From the NCBI GenBank assembly GCA_035374585.1, contig DAOSPF010000004.1:5866-69865 (forward strand): a DNA stretch of 64,000 nucleotides. The letters run 5' to 3'. The notes under the pieces are model-generated. The model was not told the origin of the DNA. It saw only the letters and a program-made list of their open reading frames with translations, and made no database searches. Positions within the stretch are counted from its first letter, which is position 1. Each line of letters opens with the position of its first letter. Source of the stretch: Bacteroidales bacterium. GTDB taxonomy: Bacteria > Bacteroidota > Bacteroidia > Bacteroidales > DTGW01. This document shows positions 36,522 through 46,466 of the stretch, in pieces. The position numbers were made by a program, and so were the translations under genes.

Positions 36522-37964
36522 TTACTTATTCTCTAAAAAAGAAGTAAACCATTTTCCAGAGTCCTTTATAATCCGGCTTTGCGTGTCATAGTCAACATAC
36601 ACTAACCCAAAACGCGGACGATAGCCCTCGGCCCATTCAAAATTATCTGTAAATGACCAGGCAAACATGCCATCAACCTTTACTCCTTCATACTTTGCTT
36701 TTAACAACCAGTACAAATGTTCTTTATAAAATTTTACACGTTGGGCATCATTTATGGCAGTTCCCTGAACTTTATCAGGAAAAGCAGCACCGGTTTCCGA
36801 AACCAACAAGCTTTTTACCGGGTATTGCGAAAACTGTTTCAGGATTTTGTACAAGCCTTCGGGATGCACTTCCCAATTCATTTCAGTAATTTCGTTGCCC
36901 AATTTCTGAGGCGAAACCCGGGTTGATTGCAGTATAGGAATTGCCCTGTTCCCGTTTACTACAACCCTGAAATAATATTGCAGCCCCCAGAAGTCATAAT
37001 CAAAGGAGAGGTGTTTCTCATCATCTGCCTGCATATATTTGTCTATTCTGTGAAGAATCGAAGCGTCAGAATATGGATATCCCTTCCCTAAAAGAGGTTC
37101 AACAAACATTCGGTTCATAATGGCATCCAGACGACGGGCAGCCCGGATATCACTCTTTGAATTCGGGTCTTGGGGCTCAATTGGCGAGCATGATATTGCA
37201 GTACCAATGTTGGCATTTGGCAAACATTCACGAAGTACTTTACCTCCTAAAGACTGGGCAAGGGCTGCATGATGTGCCGCATGAAAAAAGTTGTTTAAAC
37301 CAATCTCTCCGGGAGCATGAATACCTATACCATATCCAAATAACGAAAAACTGAGCGGTTCGTTTAGCACAATCCAGTTTTTTACCCTATCACCAAAAGC
37401 GTCAGCACAAACCTTAACATAATCACAAAAAGCATAGACAGTATCACGGTTTCGCCAACCACCTTTGTTTTGCAATGCTTGAGGGAGATCCCAATGATAC
37501 AATGTTACCCAAGGTTCAATGCCGTTTTCAATACATGCATCAATAACACGGTTATAAAAATCAATGCCTTTAACATTTATTTCACCCGTACCTTTTGGAA
37601 AAATGCGAGGCCAGGAAATCGAAAACCTCAACGCCCCAAAATTCATTGATTTTAAAAGAGCTATATCTTTTTTGTAATGGTGATAAAAATCGCAGGAGGT
37701 ATTTGCATTGGTATGGTCTTTAATGTTGCTGGTATCATTGGCAAAGGTATCCCATACAGAAATGCCTTTCCCGTCTGCATCCCATGCCCCTTCGCATTGA
37801 TATGATGCACAGGCAACTCCCCATGTAAATCTGCCAAAATCGGCAGCACTCATCTCTTTTATCTCTGCTTTAGAAAAATAAGCGCTTAACTCTCTGTGAA
37901 AAATAAAAGGCAATGATAATGAACCTAATAATTTTAAGGCATCGCGACGTGATATCTTTTGCAT
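36522..37964 (-). CDS. GH1 beta-glucosidase with twin-arginine (Tat) signal peptide
   Basis: The GH1 acid/base motif is present as …WIVLNEP. The nucleophile motif is …LVSETGAAF. N-terminus MQKISRRDALKLLGSLSLPF fits the S-R-R-x-F/A-L-K Tat consensus. Confidence 0.9.
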   Translation of the reverse strand: MQKISRRDALKLLGSLSLPFIFHRELSAYFSKAEIKEMSAADFGRFTWGVACASYQCEGAWDADGKGISVWDTFANDTSNIKDHTNANTSCDFYHHYKKDIALLKSMNFGALRFSISWPRIFPKGTGEINVKGIDFYNRVIDACIENGIEPWVTLYHWDLPQALQNKGGWRNRDTVYAFCDYVKVCADAFGDRVKNWIVLNEPLSFSLFGYGIGIHAPGEIGLNNFFHAAHHAALAQSLGGKVLRECLPNANIGTAISCSPIEPQDPNSKSDIRAARRLDAIMNRMFVEPLLGKGYPYSDASILHRIDKYMQADDEKHLSFDYDFWGLQYYFRVVVNGNRAIPILQSTRVSPQKLGNEITEMNWEVHPEGLYKILKQFSQYPVKSLLVSETGAAFPDKVQGTAINDAQRVKFYKEHLYWLLKAKYEGVKVDGMFAWSFTDNFEWAEGYRPRFGLVYVDYDTQSRIIKDSGKWFTSFLENK

Positions 37965-37972
37965 CTTTGTAT

Positions 37973-39319
37973 CTATAAGCGTAACATGATAATCCTATGG
38001 TCTATCAGCACAAAGATAACCGTAATCAGGGCCGAATAAAATAAATACCAACCTACTGGTATATACTCATTTGGGTTAATGCCCAGTTTAAAGTAATTAT
38101 AGGACATCAGAATTATTTTCTCAATGACATAAACAATTACCGTGGCAACGGCAACCCCTACAATCCCATATCGAGGTATCATCAGAAATGTAAGGCCTAC
38201 GTTGATGATGATATTAAAAACTGCAGTCCACATTACCACTTTGTTCTTTTTAAGCCCTATCAATATGGTTTGCGGAAATACCAACCTGCTTGTAATCAAC
38301 AACACATAAACCATGAATACGTCCGAGCTTTGATAAAAATTTTTAGTGAAAAGTATCGGGTAAATCAAATCGCTAAAAAACAAAAGCAATATAGAAATCG
38401 GAAACAATATATGCATCAAACGCAATGATCGCTTCTTTAAAGTAAGCAAACCAAATTTCATTTTCGACATAGACGAAAACTGTGTAAGCATTGCATTGTT
38501 TAATCCACTTGCAAGCGTTACAACCAAAGGCATTTCTTTTGCCCCATACCTGAAAATAGCAAATTTTTCGGGCGAAAATTGAGCCGAAACAATCAATCCA
38601 TCAATATATTGAGCAGAACCACTCAATAATGAACTAATAATCAACGGTAAGGCAAGATAAAGATGCTCTTTCATAAAAGATAACGACACCTTTATTATAG
38701 CATATTTTTGGATTAACCTTAATAACCATAGAAATCTTATCCCTGAAATAATTACTAAACCCCAAATACCTCCCTCAATACCCCATCCTAATTTAACCGG
38801 AATAATGACAAATAAAGTTTGTAATGTAAACGAAATCAGACCGTAAGCAAGAATATGTTTTGGTTTGTTATATAATAAGTATATGTACTCAATCAGACAA
38901 GCCGGGCTACTCAATAAAATATACCATAGCAAACCATCGGCATAAGGAAGCGCCTGGCCAGTTTTATATACCTTTATTCCATCTTTAAATAACCAGCCGG
39001 CTGCAAAAAGTAAGAGAGAGATAAACAATATGAGCAAAAAAGTATTAAACAGCTCTGGCGATTTCTGAAAAACTTTTCCGTTACGTAGCTTAAAACTTTG
39101 ATTATTATTAAAAAGAGGTAATAAAGACTGGATGATACCTGTTATCCAAAAGAATGTAACAGTACTTGCCAGGAACAATAAGAGTTCAAAATCGCCAATG
39201 TCTTTTTTGGTCAGGTCTATACGGGTAAAAATAACACTTATAATTAAAAATGACACAAACCTAAGTACCTGAAATACCTGCAAACCCAAAATATTGCTTA
39301 TGACGAACCTTCTGGCCAA
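37973..39319 (-). CDS. Polysaccharide/oligosaccharide flippase (Wzx/MOP superfamily)
   Basis: 448 aa with ~12-14 hydrophobic helices. Sits in a polysaccharide-gene neighbourhood. Confidence 0.7.
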   Translation of the reverse strand: MARRFVISNILGLQVFQVLRFVSFLIISVIFTRIDLTKKDIGDFELLLFLASTVTFFWITGIIQSLLPLFNNNQSFKLRNGKVFQKSPELFNTFLLILFISLLLFAAGWLFKDGIKVYKTGQALPYADGLLWYILLSSPACLIEYIYLLYNKPKHILAYGLISFTLQTLFVIIPVKLGWGIEGGIWGLVIISGIRFLWLLRLIQKYAIIKVSLSFMKEHLYLALPLIISSLLSGSAQYIDGLIVSAQFSPEKFAIFRYGAKEMPLVVTLASGLNNAMLTQFSSMSKMKFGLLTLKKRSLRLMHILFPISILLLFFSDLIYPILFTKNFYQSSDVFMVYVLLITSRLVFPQTILIGLKKNKVVMWTAVFNIIINVGLTFLMIPRYGIVGVAVATVIVYVIEKIILMSYNYFKLGINPNEYIPVGWYLFYSALITVIFVLIDHRIIMLRL

Positions 39320-39389
39320 TGAAAATTATTTGAAGCAAAAATACACTTTACAAAACAAAGAACCTAACTTGTTACTGCCAAATTTAGTC

Positions 39390-40193
39390 TTATTGTTGAG
39401 CTTTTGCAATACATGTTATTCCAATTACGCCCAATATAGTAACTGTCCATGCCACAGCACCAAACCCTGTCAAATCTTGCAGATAAACCTGGTTGGATGG
39501 CTTATACATCAGGTTTTCAGGGTCTAACATAGTATTAGATATACTTGAAACCCAAAATTCATTTTGTATATAAAAGGGCTCAGACTTATTATCTTTCAAT
39601 GAAAAAGTTAAAAAACACCTTAATGTCATTGGAGTTGAATCGGGCTTAAAATAGTAAAATACTTCAGAAGTCTTACCTACTTTTGAATAAACATTCTTTC
39701 GGACCTTATTGCTTTTGTCAAATTGTTTAATAAACTCGCTTCTCAAATAAACCGGCGTTCGCTGAATAAATGATTTAGGGGCTACAAAAGTAACTTGTTC
39801 ACTTTTTGCCATTGTCCCTGTGATGTCTGAATTGCTGTAAGTAAAATTCTTAGAGAATTTGTATTCTTCAGAAGAGGAAGAAGCGTTAATTGTCGCAATA
39901 TCCTTCCACAAACTGATATTATGTCCATTTACAATTGCTGAAGATTTGCTCCAATCAATGTATAAAGGAAAATTTGACTTATTATAAATTTCAAAGCTCA
40001 TTGGAAAACAATTTCCATTAAACGAATATACAACTTTAACAGTATCATTTTCAAAAACATACGCTTTGCTTTCATTTTGATTGACGTTTCCACTCAATGT
40101 AATATACTGATACTTAGTACACCCAGAAAAAGTAATTACGCCTAATGTTATTGTCAAAATACAAAATATCCTTTTAATCCTAATGAACCTCAT
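39390..40193 (-). CDS. Hypothetical lipoprotein with C-terminal TM helix
   Basis: Signal/lipobox …ITLGVITFSGC and C-terminal GFGAVAWTVTILGVIGITCIA. I recognise no family. Confidence 0.6.
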   Translation of the reverse strand: MRFIRIKRIFCILTITLGVITFSGCTKYQYITLSGNVNQNESKAYVFENDTVKVVYSFNGNCFPMSFEIYNKSNFPLYIDWSKSSAIVNGHNISLWKDIATINASSSSEEYKFSKNFTYSNSDITGTMAKSEQVTFVAPKSFIQRTPVYLRSEFIKQFDKSNKVRKNVYSKVGKTSEVFYYFKPDSTPMTLRCFLTFSLKDNKSEPFYIQNEFWVSSISNTMLDPENLMYKPSNQVYLQDLTGFGAVAWTVTILGVIGITCIAKAQQ

Positions 40194-40369
40194 AACCCAG
40201 AGTTTAGTGTTTAAATGTACATTAACGAATTCTATGCCAAATTAAAACAAATTTGTCTTATAACTATTCTTTTCAAATAAAAAACAGAAGTTGACCTTCT
40301 AAAAAAATATTTGCAGAGATTTATTTTTCCTTTTTACAACAAAGCCTTATTTTAGCAAAAACTCATACC

Positions 40370-40993
40370 ATGGATGCAATTAAAGATCAAAAAACACCTC
40401 CCATTACATTGCCACAGGCTGTATTGGCACCACTTCTTTCTCTTTTTCAAGCGCAAGTTCATGCAGGTAGGGCATTTCTAAGTTATTTGCTTCAAATAGG
40501 TTCGCCCCATGTTGAGGTTGACGAATCTGGAATGATTATAGAACAAGCCCGTAAAGAAAAAGAAGCATTGTATAAGCAAACCTTTACTTTTGAAAAAAAA
40601 GTTAATGACCAAACACAAAAGTTTGAGCTTTCGGTCCCTACTTTATCTCTTGTTCCTATTGCTCCGCTGGGAATTGACTCTGCCGAGTTCGAATTCGATT
40701 TCAGGGTTGAAAATTTTCAGGCGCATGCCCAAATGCAAAAATCTGAAAAGAAGGCTCTTGAAAAGGATGCCTTTTCATCTGATAATCGTCCATGGTACTT
40801 AGTTGAAAACCCAATTAATTTTAGTGGCAATGTTGTGCCTCCTTCTGAAGAAGCTACAGCGACAAGTAAAACGCAAAATGTTATCAAAATTAAAATTACT
40901 GTTGGGAAACAACCCATTCCATCAGGATTGGACAAATTTCTGGTATCGCTCAACCAATTGGCTGAGGTAAATGAAATGAAAAGTGTGCAATAA
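40370..40993 (+). CDS. Hypothetical protein, DUF2589-like
   Basis: 207 aa with no signal peptide. N-terminal …LPQAVLAPLLSLFQAQVHAGRAFLSYLLQIG and central …FELSVPTLSLVPIAPLGIDSAEFEFDFRV resemble the two conserved blocks I associate with DUF2589. Assigned from memory only. Confidence 0.4.
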   Translation: MDAIKDQKTPPITLPQAVLAPLLSLFQAQVHAGRAFLSYLLQIGSPHVEVDESGMIIEQARKEKEALYKQTFTFEKKVNDQTQKFELSVPTLSLVPIAPLGIDSAEFEFDFRVENFQAHAQMQKSEKKALEKDAFSSDNRPWYLVENPINFSGNVVPPSEEATATSKTQNVIKIKITVGKQPIPSGLDKFLVSLNQLAEVNEMKSVQ

Positions 40994-41071
40994 AATTCAA
41001 AAATTGCAAATATTTTGATACTATTTATCCGCAAATAATCATCAAGCCTCAATAAAGGATAGTGCATACAT

Positions 41072-41107
41072 AAAAAAAAATGCACCCATATTTCTACGGG
41101 TGCATTT
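41072..41107 (-). terminator. Strong minus-strand-oriented intrinsic terminator with no annotated minus-strand gene upstream of it
   Basis: AAATGCACCC (41078-41087) / GGGTGCATTT (41098-41107) is a perfect 10-bp stem. It is preceded on the plus strand by A9 (41072-41080), which is a U-run on the minus strand. The plus-strand trailing sequence is only TTTAC. Confidence 0.5.
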
Positions 41108-41280
41108 ACAAACTAACCAACCTAAAAAGAGATTTCAAGAAATACTATCAACCTCAGTACTACTAACTTAATGCATATATAATATGTATTATACCAATCT
41201 TTTGTTACAAAATAAATCTTATTTAAATAAAACTAACTCTCAATATATTTCAAAATAGTAGAAATTTTAACCATTTTTTA

Positions 41281-41319
41281 AATCAAATATCAATATATTT
41301 GATTCAAAAAATCAAATAA
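41281..41319. promoter_or_regulatory. AATCAAATAT inverted + direct repeat upstream of susC-like gene
   Basis: AATCAAATAT (41281-41290), then CAAT, then ATATTTGATT (41295-41304) is a perfect 10-bp inverted repeat. A third copy, AATCAAATAA, lies at 41310-41319. Confidence 0.25.
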
Positions 41320-41374
41320 TTTTATATTTTTAGCTATGTACAACATTTTCAATTTTTATAATTACAACAAGCTT

Positions 41375-41391
41375 AGCGTATAATATACGCT
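41375..41391. promoter_or_regulatory. Perfect 17-bp palindrome AGCGTATA-A-TATACGCT upstream of susC-like gene (candidate operator)
   Basis: 8+1+8 perfect dyad, 140 bp upstream of the ATG at 41531. Confidence 0.3.
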
Positions 41392-41530
41392 TTGAAAGCC
41401 CTCAAATACTGATAATACTAATTTTGACAGAGTTATTTGACAGATTTTTCCCCCTTGTTTGCAACTAATGAATTTAGCTTTGGCCAAGCAATTTTTCTCT
41501 CAACTACAATACTAACAAAATTAAACAAGT

Positions 41531-44500
41531 ATGAAACAAAATGACATTGAATTGAAAAGCAATGTAAGCTTTAAACGAGCCTTTCTGTTTTTAGCTTCAT
41601 TACTTATTTTCACGTGGGCCATAGGCCAGGAAAAAACCATTACCGGTCAAATTGTTGACAAAACCGGTAGTACATTACCAGGTGTAAATATTGTTGTTAA
41701 AGGCACAACAACAGGAACTGTTTCTGACATTGATGGTAAATTTAGCATCAAAGTCCCTAATGAAAACGCAGTATTGCAATTTTCATTTATTGGATACGAA
41801 ACACAAGAAGTTGTTGTAGGGTCTCAAACCAGCATTCCTGTTACTATGAATGAAGCTGTTAGTGAGCTTAATGAAGTAGTAGTTATTGGTTATGGTACAC
41901 AGAAAAAAAGCGACCTGACAGGTTCTGTAGCTTCAGTATCTGGTGCTAAGCTTGCCGAAGTGCCTGTAGCTAATATTGCCCAAGCATTGCAGGGCCGCGC
42001 AGCTGGTGTTAGCATTACTACTAATACAGGTATGCCTGGCGGTTCTGTTAACATCCAGATTCGTGGGATGACCTCAATCAATGGAACAAACCCATTAGTT
42101 GTTATTGACGGTATCCCCGGAGGTGATATGACTAAACTAAACGCAGCAGATATTGCTTCTGTTGAAATTTTGAAAGATGCTGCTTCTGCTGCTATCTATG
42201 GTTCATCAGGTGGTAATGGTGTTATCCTTGTAACAACAAAAAAAGGTAGTGCAGGAAAAATTACAACCAATGTAAACTATTCTTATGGCTGGCAAAGCAT
42301 TGCTAACGAAGTAGAAATGATGGGCCTTAAAGATTACAACAGGGTATTAGGCGAACTCAAGTTAGCTCAATTTACTACTAATATTGACACATTAGAATAT
42401 TACAACTGGAACGATCTTTTCTTCAAAAAGAATGTTCCTATGCAAAGTGCTGACTTTAGTGTTGCAGGCGGTTCTGAAAAATCAAATTTCTATATTAGTG
42501 GTTCTTACCTCGAACAAGAAGGTATTATTAAGAAATCAAATTACACAAAAACAAACTTGCGTGTAAAAGCTGACCAAAAGTTGACCAACCATATTAAGTT
42601 TGATCAAAATGTTAGTTATTCAAACACAATCAACGAAGGTTACGAAGAATGGATGTATACTGGTGTTTACCAAACCCCGGTTTATAATGCCATCATTATG
42701 CCACCTTACATGAAAGGATATCAGGACGATGGAAAATGGACTGTTACACCTGGTGGGGTAAGAAACGCCATGGTTATGGTTGATAACAGAAATTACTGGT
42801 CAAAAAATGCTGTATTTGAAGCCAATGCAGGTTTAACCATTGAATTGTTTAAAGGATTGACCTATACTCCACGTATAGCCGGAACAATGTCAATTCTTGA
42901 TAATCAAAACTACACTCCAAAATACTTTGCTAAAGCTGATGATTATCAAACATTTAACCTTTTAGAGAAAAATATGCAAAGAGGCTTCAATTGGATGTTG
43001 CAAAACGTTGTTACTTATAACACTAGCATTTCTGAAGTACACAATGTTTCTGTAATGGCAGGTATGGAAGCTTCAAGAAACTGGGGGTATAATATTCAAG
43101 GTTCGAGGCAAAATATAGCAAGCGATTTGCCAAACATGCTTTATTTTGTTAAATCATTGGACGACACTTCAAATTTTCAAAATGTTACAGGTACAGGTTA
43201 TGAAAGAAAATTTGCTGCATACTTTGGACGTTTGTCTTATGATTATAAAGGATTAGTTCTTTTACAGTTTAACCTGCGCCGAGACGGTCAGTCAGATTTT
43301 GGGCCTAACAACAGGTGGGGTAACTTCTATTCAGGTTCTGCCGGTTTCAAATTCAGCGAATTAGAAGCTGTTAAGAATTTAGGGTTAATTAGTTTTGGTA
43401 AAGTAAGGTTGTCTTATGGTGAAATGGGACAGTATCCACGTTCAAACTGGCCTTATTTAGCTAAAATCTTAACTACTGTCCCTACTTATAATTATTCATT
43501 TAATAATAGGGTTTCTCAAACTGGTGCAGGCCCTGTACAAATTGCCAACCCTGATATTCAATGGGAAAAGGTTCAATCACAAGGTGTAGGTCTTGATTTA
43601 GGCTTTTTTAAAGACAAAGTCATGTTTTCTATTGATTATTTCAACAAATACAACAACAACATGTTGATGTACAAAGATGTTGGACTTGTAAACGGTGTTT
43701 TCCAAACCAATTCAGGTGGTGAAGGCGGGCCTACAAGACCTGAAGTTAACTCTGGTACAGTAAAAAATAGTGGTATAGAATTATCTCTCTCATACAAAGA
43801 AACTTTTGGAGAACTTAAATCGCAGTTAGACTTTAACTTAACTTATGTTACCAATGAGATTACTGATTTAGCTACCGACTCAATTGTAAAAGGAAATGTT
43901 CACAACGAATTTTCGGGTATTACCATTAGTAAAATTGGACATTCAATTGGTGAATTTTGGGGTTATCAATCAGATGGAATTTTTAGAAAAGGAGACCCTA
44001 CATTAACCGATGCAAAAGGGAAACCTTTCTTCTATACTATAAATGCTAAAGGTGATACTGTTAAATATAGCACAGCTGTCACTGCCGGAGATGCAAAATG
44101 GGTAGATTTGAACAATGACGGTATTATTGACAACAACGACCGTACCTATTTAGGAAACCCTAACCCTCCATTCGTATTCAGCTTTTCTATTAACCTTGCA
44201 TACAAAGCATTAGACTTTTCTGCTTTCTTCAATGGAGTATATGGCAACAAAATATTCAATGGTGGGAAACGTTATTTCTATGACTGGAACAACAGAATTA
44301 CCAACCGTGCTGCTGCCTTTGCCGATAGATACAGAGAACCTCTTACAGATAAACAAGGAAACTTAATCCTCGACAACCACGGGGTTCCTATTGACGAAGG
44401 AAACACTTCAAGCAGTATGCCTAAAATGGGGGTTAACAGTTGGGGCCGTTCTTCTGATTTGTTAATTGAAGATGGCTCATACTTAAGGTTAAAATCTATC

Positions 44501-44722
44501 CAACTAGGATATACAGTTCCACCAAAGCTTACCCAAAAAGTGAAAATTGAGAAATTTAGGGTGTATGTATCAGTATCTAATGTGTTTACATTGACAAAAT
44601 ACTCCGGATACGATCCTGAAGTGGCACGTTATGACTTTAGTGACCCATCAATATTGGGTGTTGATATTGGAGGATATCCTAAAACAAGGATGTTTACAGT
44701 AGGAGCTAATCTTTCATTTTAA
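41531..44722 (+). CDS. SusC/RagA-family TonB-linked outer-membrane transporter
   Basis: 1063 aa. CarboxypepD_reg domain (ITGQIVDKTGSTLPGVNIVVKGTTTGTVSDIDGKFSI), TonB-box/plug (EVVVIGYGTQKKSDLTGSV…LQGRAAGV), barrel terminus …FTVGANLSF. No STN (anti-sigma signalling) domain. Confidence 0.92.
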   Translation: MKQNDIELKSNVSFKRAFLFLASLLIFTWAIGQEKTITGQIVDKTGSTLPGVNIVVKGTTTGTVSDIDGKFSIKVPNENAVLQFSFIGYETQEVVVGSQTSIPVTMNEAVSELNEVVVIGYGTQKKSDLTGSVASVSGAKLAEVPVANIAQALQGRAAGVSITTNTGMPGGSVNIQIRGMTSINGTNPLVVIDGIPGGDMTKLNAADIASVEILKDAASAAIYGSSGGNGVILVTTKKGSAGKITTNVNYSYGWQSIANEVEMMGLKDYNRVLGELKLAQFTTNIDTLEYYNWNDLFFKKNVPMQSADFSVAGGSEKSNFYISGSYLEQEGIIKKSNYTKTNLRVKADQKLTNHIKFDQNVSYSNTINEGYEEWMYTGVYQTPVYNAIIMPPYMKGYQDDGKWTVTPGGVRNAMVMVDNRNYWSKNAVFEANAGLTIELFKGLTYTPRIAGTMSILDNQNYTPKYFAKADDYQTFNLLEKNMQRGFNWMLQNVVTYNTSISEVHNVSVMAGMEASRNWGYNIQGSRQNIASDLPNMLYFVKSLDDTSNFQNVTGTGYERKFAAYFGRLSYDYKGLVLLQFNLRRDGQSDFGPNNRWGNFYSGSAGFKFSELEAVKNLGLISFGKVRLSYGEMGQYPRSNWPYLAKILTTVPTYNYSFNNRVSQTGAGPVQIANPDIQWEKVQSQGVGLDLGFFKDKVMFSIDYFNKYNNNMLMYKDVGLVNGVFQTNSGGEGGPTRPEVNSGTVKNSGIELSLSYKETFGELKSQLDFNLTYVTNEITDLATDSIVKGNVHNEFSGITISKIGHSIGEFWGYQSDGIFRKGDPTLTDAKGKPFFYTINAKGDTVKYSTAVTAGDAKWVDLNNDGIIDNNDRTYLGNPNPPFVFSFSINLAYKALDFSAFFNGVYGNKIFNGGKRYFYDWNNRITNRAAAFADRYREPLTDKQGNLILDNHGVPIDEGNTSSSMPKMGVNSWGRSSDLLIEDGSYLRLKSIQLGYTVPPKLTQKVKIEKFRVYVSVSNVFTLTKYSGYDPEVARYDFSDPSILGVDIGGYPKTRMFTVGANLSF

Positions 44723-44735
44723 CAAATAAAATCAA

Positions 44736-46403
44736 TTGAATATGAAAACAAAAATATATAAGTACTTATTAATCGGTTTGTTATTTAGTTTTGTAATGAG
44801 CTGTAAAGAGGATTTCCTCAATGTTGAGCCTATTGCAACAGATAACGAAGCATCTTTCTATTTAACCCAGAAAGATGCAGAAATGGCTACTACTGCTGTA
44901 TATGCCCAATTAGCATATATGACTGCCTGGGACAGGGAAACATCTATGTTATTGGGTAATATGGCTTCTGATGACGCTGATGCTGGCGGTGAAGACCCTG
45001 GAGATGTTACCAGTTTTCAGGATATTGCAAAACTTAAACATATCCCATCGAATGAAAATCTCAGGCTTCCATATGGTGTGTTTTATAAAGCTATTATGCT
45101 TGCTAATAAAGCTTTAGAAAAATTGCCCAATATCCCTAAAATTGACAAAGAGGCATCTCCTGCTGCAATAAATCAAATGATAGCTGAAATTAAAGCTCTG
45201 AGGGCATTAAATACCTTTCAGTTAACACAGATTTATGGTGAAGTACCTTTAGTTGACCATGTTTTAGGCTCTTCTGAATTTATTCAGCCTCGTGCTAAAA
45301 TGAAAGATCTTTATGCTTTTATGGAAAAAGATTTAAAAGAAGCTATTGAAGTACTCCCTTTAAGCTATGATGCTGAAAATGTTGGAAGAATTACAAAAGG
45401 GGCTGCTATGGCTATTTTAGCAAAAATTTATCTCTTTGGTTCTTCTTATGCAAAAAATTACCCTGGGGACGCTCGTTTTGAAGGATTGACCGAAAGATGG
45501 GCAGATGCTTTGGCTATGGCTGAAAATGTTATGAACCTTGGGGTTTATAAGCTTTTAGGTGCTGATGGCGAAACATATAGTTGCTGGAGGGGTGATAAGG
45601 TTAGCGGATTCCGTTATTTGTTTACTACTGCCGGCGATAACAGTGCTGAAGCAATACTTGAAGTACAAAATATCCAGGACGGATTAAAATGGTTGAGCTC
45701 CAGAGGTTCATCTATTGTTCACTGGTCTGGGCCTCGTTACTATTATGATGCCAAAGGGGTAAAACAAACTACAAGCTATTGGGGCTTTGATATACCCACA
45801 AAGTCACTAAAAGACGAATTTGAAGCTGGTGACCCACGCTTGGATATTACTATTCACATGCCTGGCGGAAATGACTCAATCAACTTAACAGGTGGCTGGT
45901 ATAAAATTTGCTTTGACAATTCATTAACCCGTATGTACCAGAACAAATACGAATGTTCGTATGATGAGTATCGTAAAAATACCGGTTCTTGGAACGAAGC
46001 TCCTATGAATTTCAAAATATTGCGCTATGGCGAAGTTGTTTTGACTGCTGCTGAAGCTGCTGTAATGCTTGGCAATAATGATAAAGCACTGAAATATATC
46101 AATATGATACGTTCACGTGCACGTGCTTGTGGTGGCCCAGGTAATACTGTTCCTGCTGATCTTACTGGTACCGTAACTTTAGATCAGGTAAAACATGAAC
46201 GCAGGTGCGAGTTAGCCTTGGAAGGGAAACGTTTCTACGACTTAGTTCGTTGGGGAGATGCTTCTGCCAAGTTAAACGGGTTTGTTAAAGGAAATGATGA
46301 ATCTGTTGTATTTGTTAAGGGTAAACATGAGTTTTTCCCTATTCCTCAAGCCGAGGTTGATGTTAGCAAGGGTGTTCTTAAACAATATCCTGGTTGGGAA
46401 TAA
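44736..46403 (+). CDS. SusD/RagB-family nutrient-binding lipoprotein
   Basis: Lipoprotein signal …LLFSFVMSC. Typical C-terminal block …ERRCELALEGKRFYDLVRWG. Lies directly after the susC-like gene. Confidence 0.9.
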   Translation: MNMKTKIYKYLLIGLLFSFVMSCKEDFLNVEPIATDNEASFYLTQKDAEMATTAVYAQLAYMTAWDRETSMLLGNMASDDADAGGEDPGDVTSFQDIAKLKHIPSNENLRLPYGVFYKAIMLANKALEKLPNIPKIDKEASPAAINQMIAEIKALRALNTFQLTQIYGEVPLVDHVLGSSEFIQPRAKMKDLYAFMEKDLKEAIEVLPLSYDAENVGRITKGAAMAILAKIYLFGSSYAKNYPGDARFEGLTERWADALAMAENVMNLGVYKLLGADGETYSCWRGDKVSGFRYLFTTAGDNSAEAILEVQNIQDGLKWLSSRGSSIVHWSGPRYYYDAKGVKQTTSYWGFDIPTKSLKDEFEAGDPRLDITIHMPGGNDSINLTGGWYKICFDNSLTRMYQNKYECSYDEYRKNTGSWNEAPMNFKILRYGEVVLTAAEAAVMLGNNDKALKYINMIRSRARACGGPGNTVPADLTGTVTLDQVKHERRCELALEGKRFYDLVRWGDASAKLNGFVKGNDESVVFVKGKHEFFPIPQAEVDVSKGVLKQYPGWE

Positions 46404-46426
46404 ACTTGATTATTTTCATATAGCAT

Positions 46427-46466
46427 AAAAAAAGGTGCTTCATTTTGTGTGAAGCACCTTTTTTTA
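46427..46466 (+). terminator. Intrinsic terminator after the susC/susD pair
   Basis: AAAGGTGCTTCA (46431-46442) / TGAAGCACCTTT (46450-46461) is a 12-bp stem, followed by a T-run to 46465. Confidence 0.85.
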
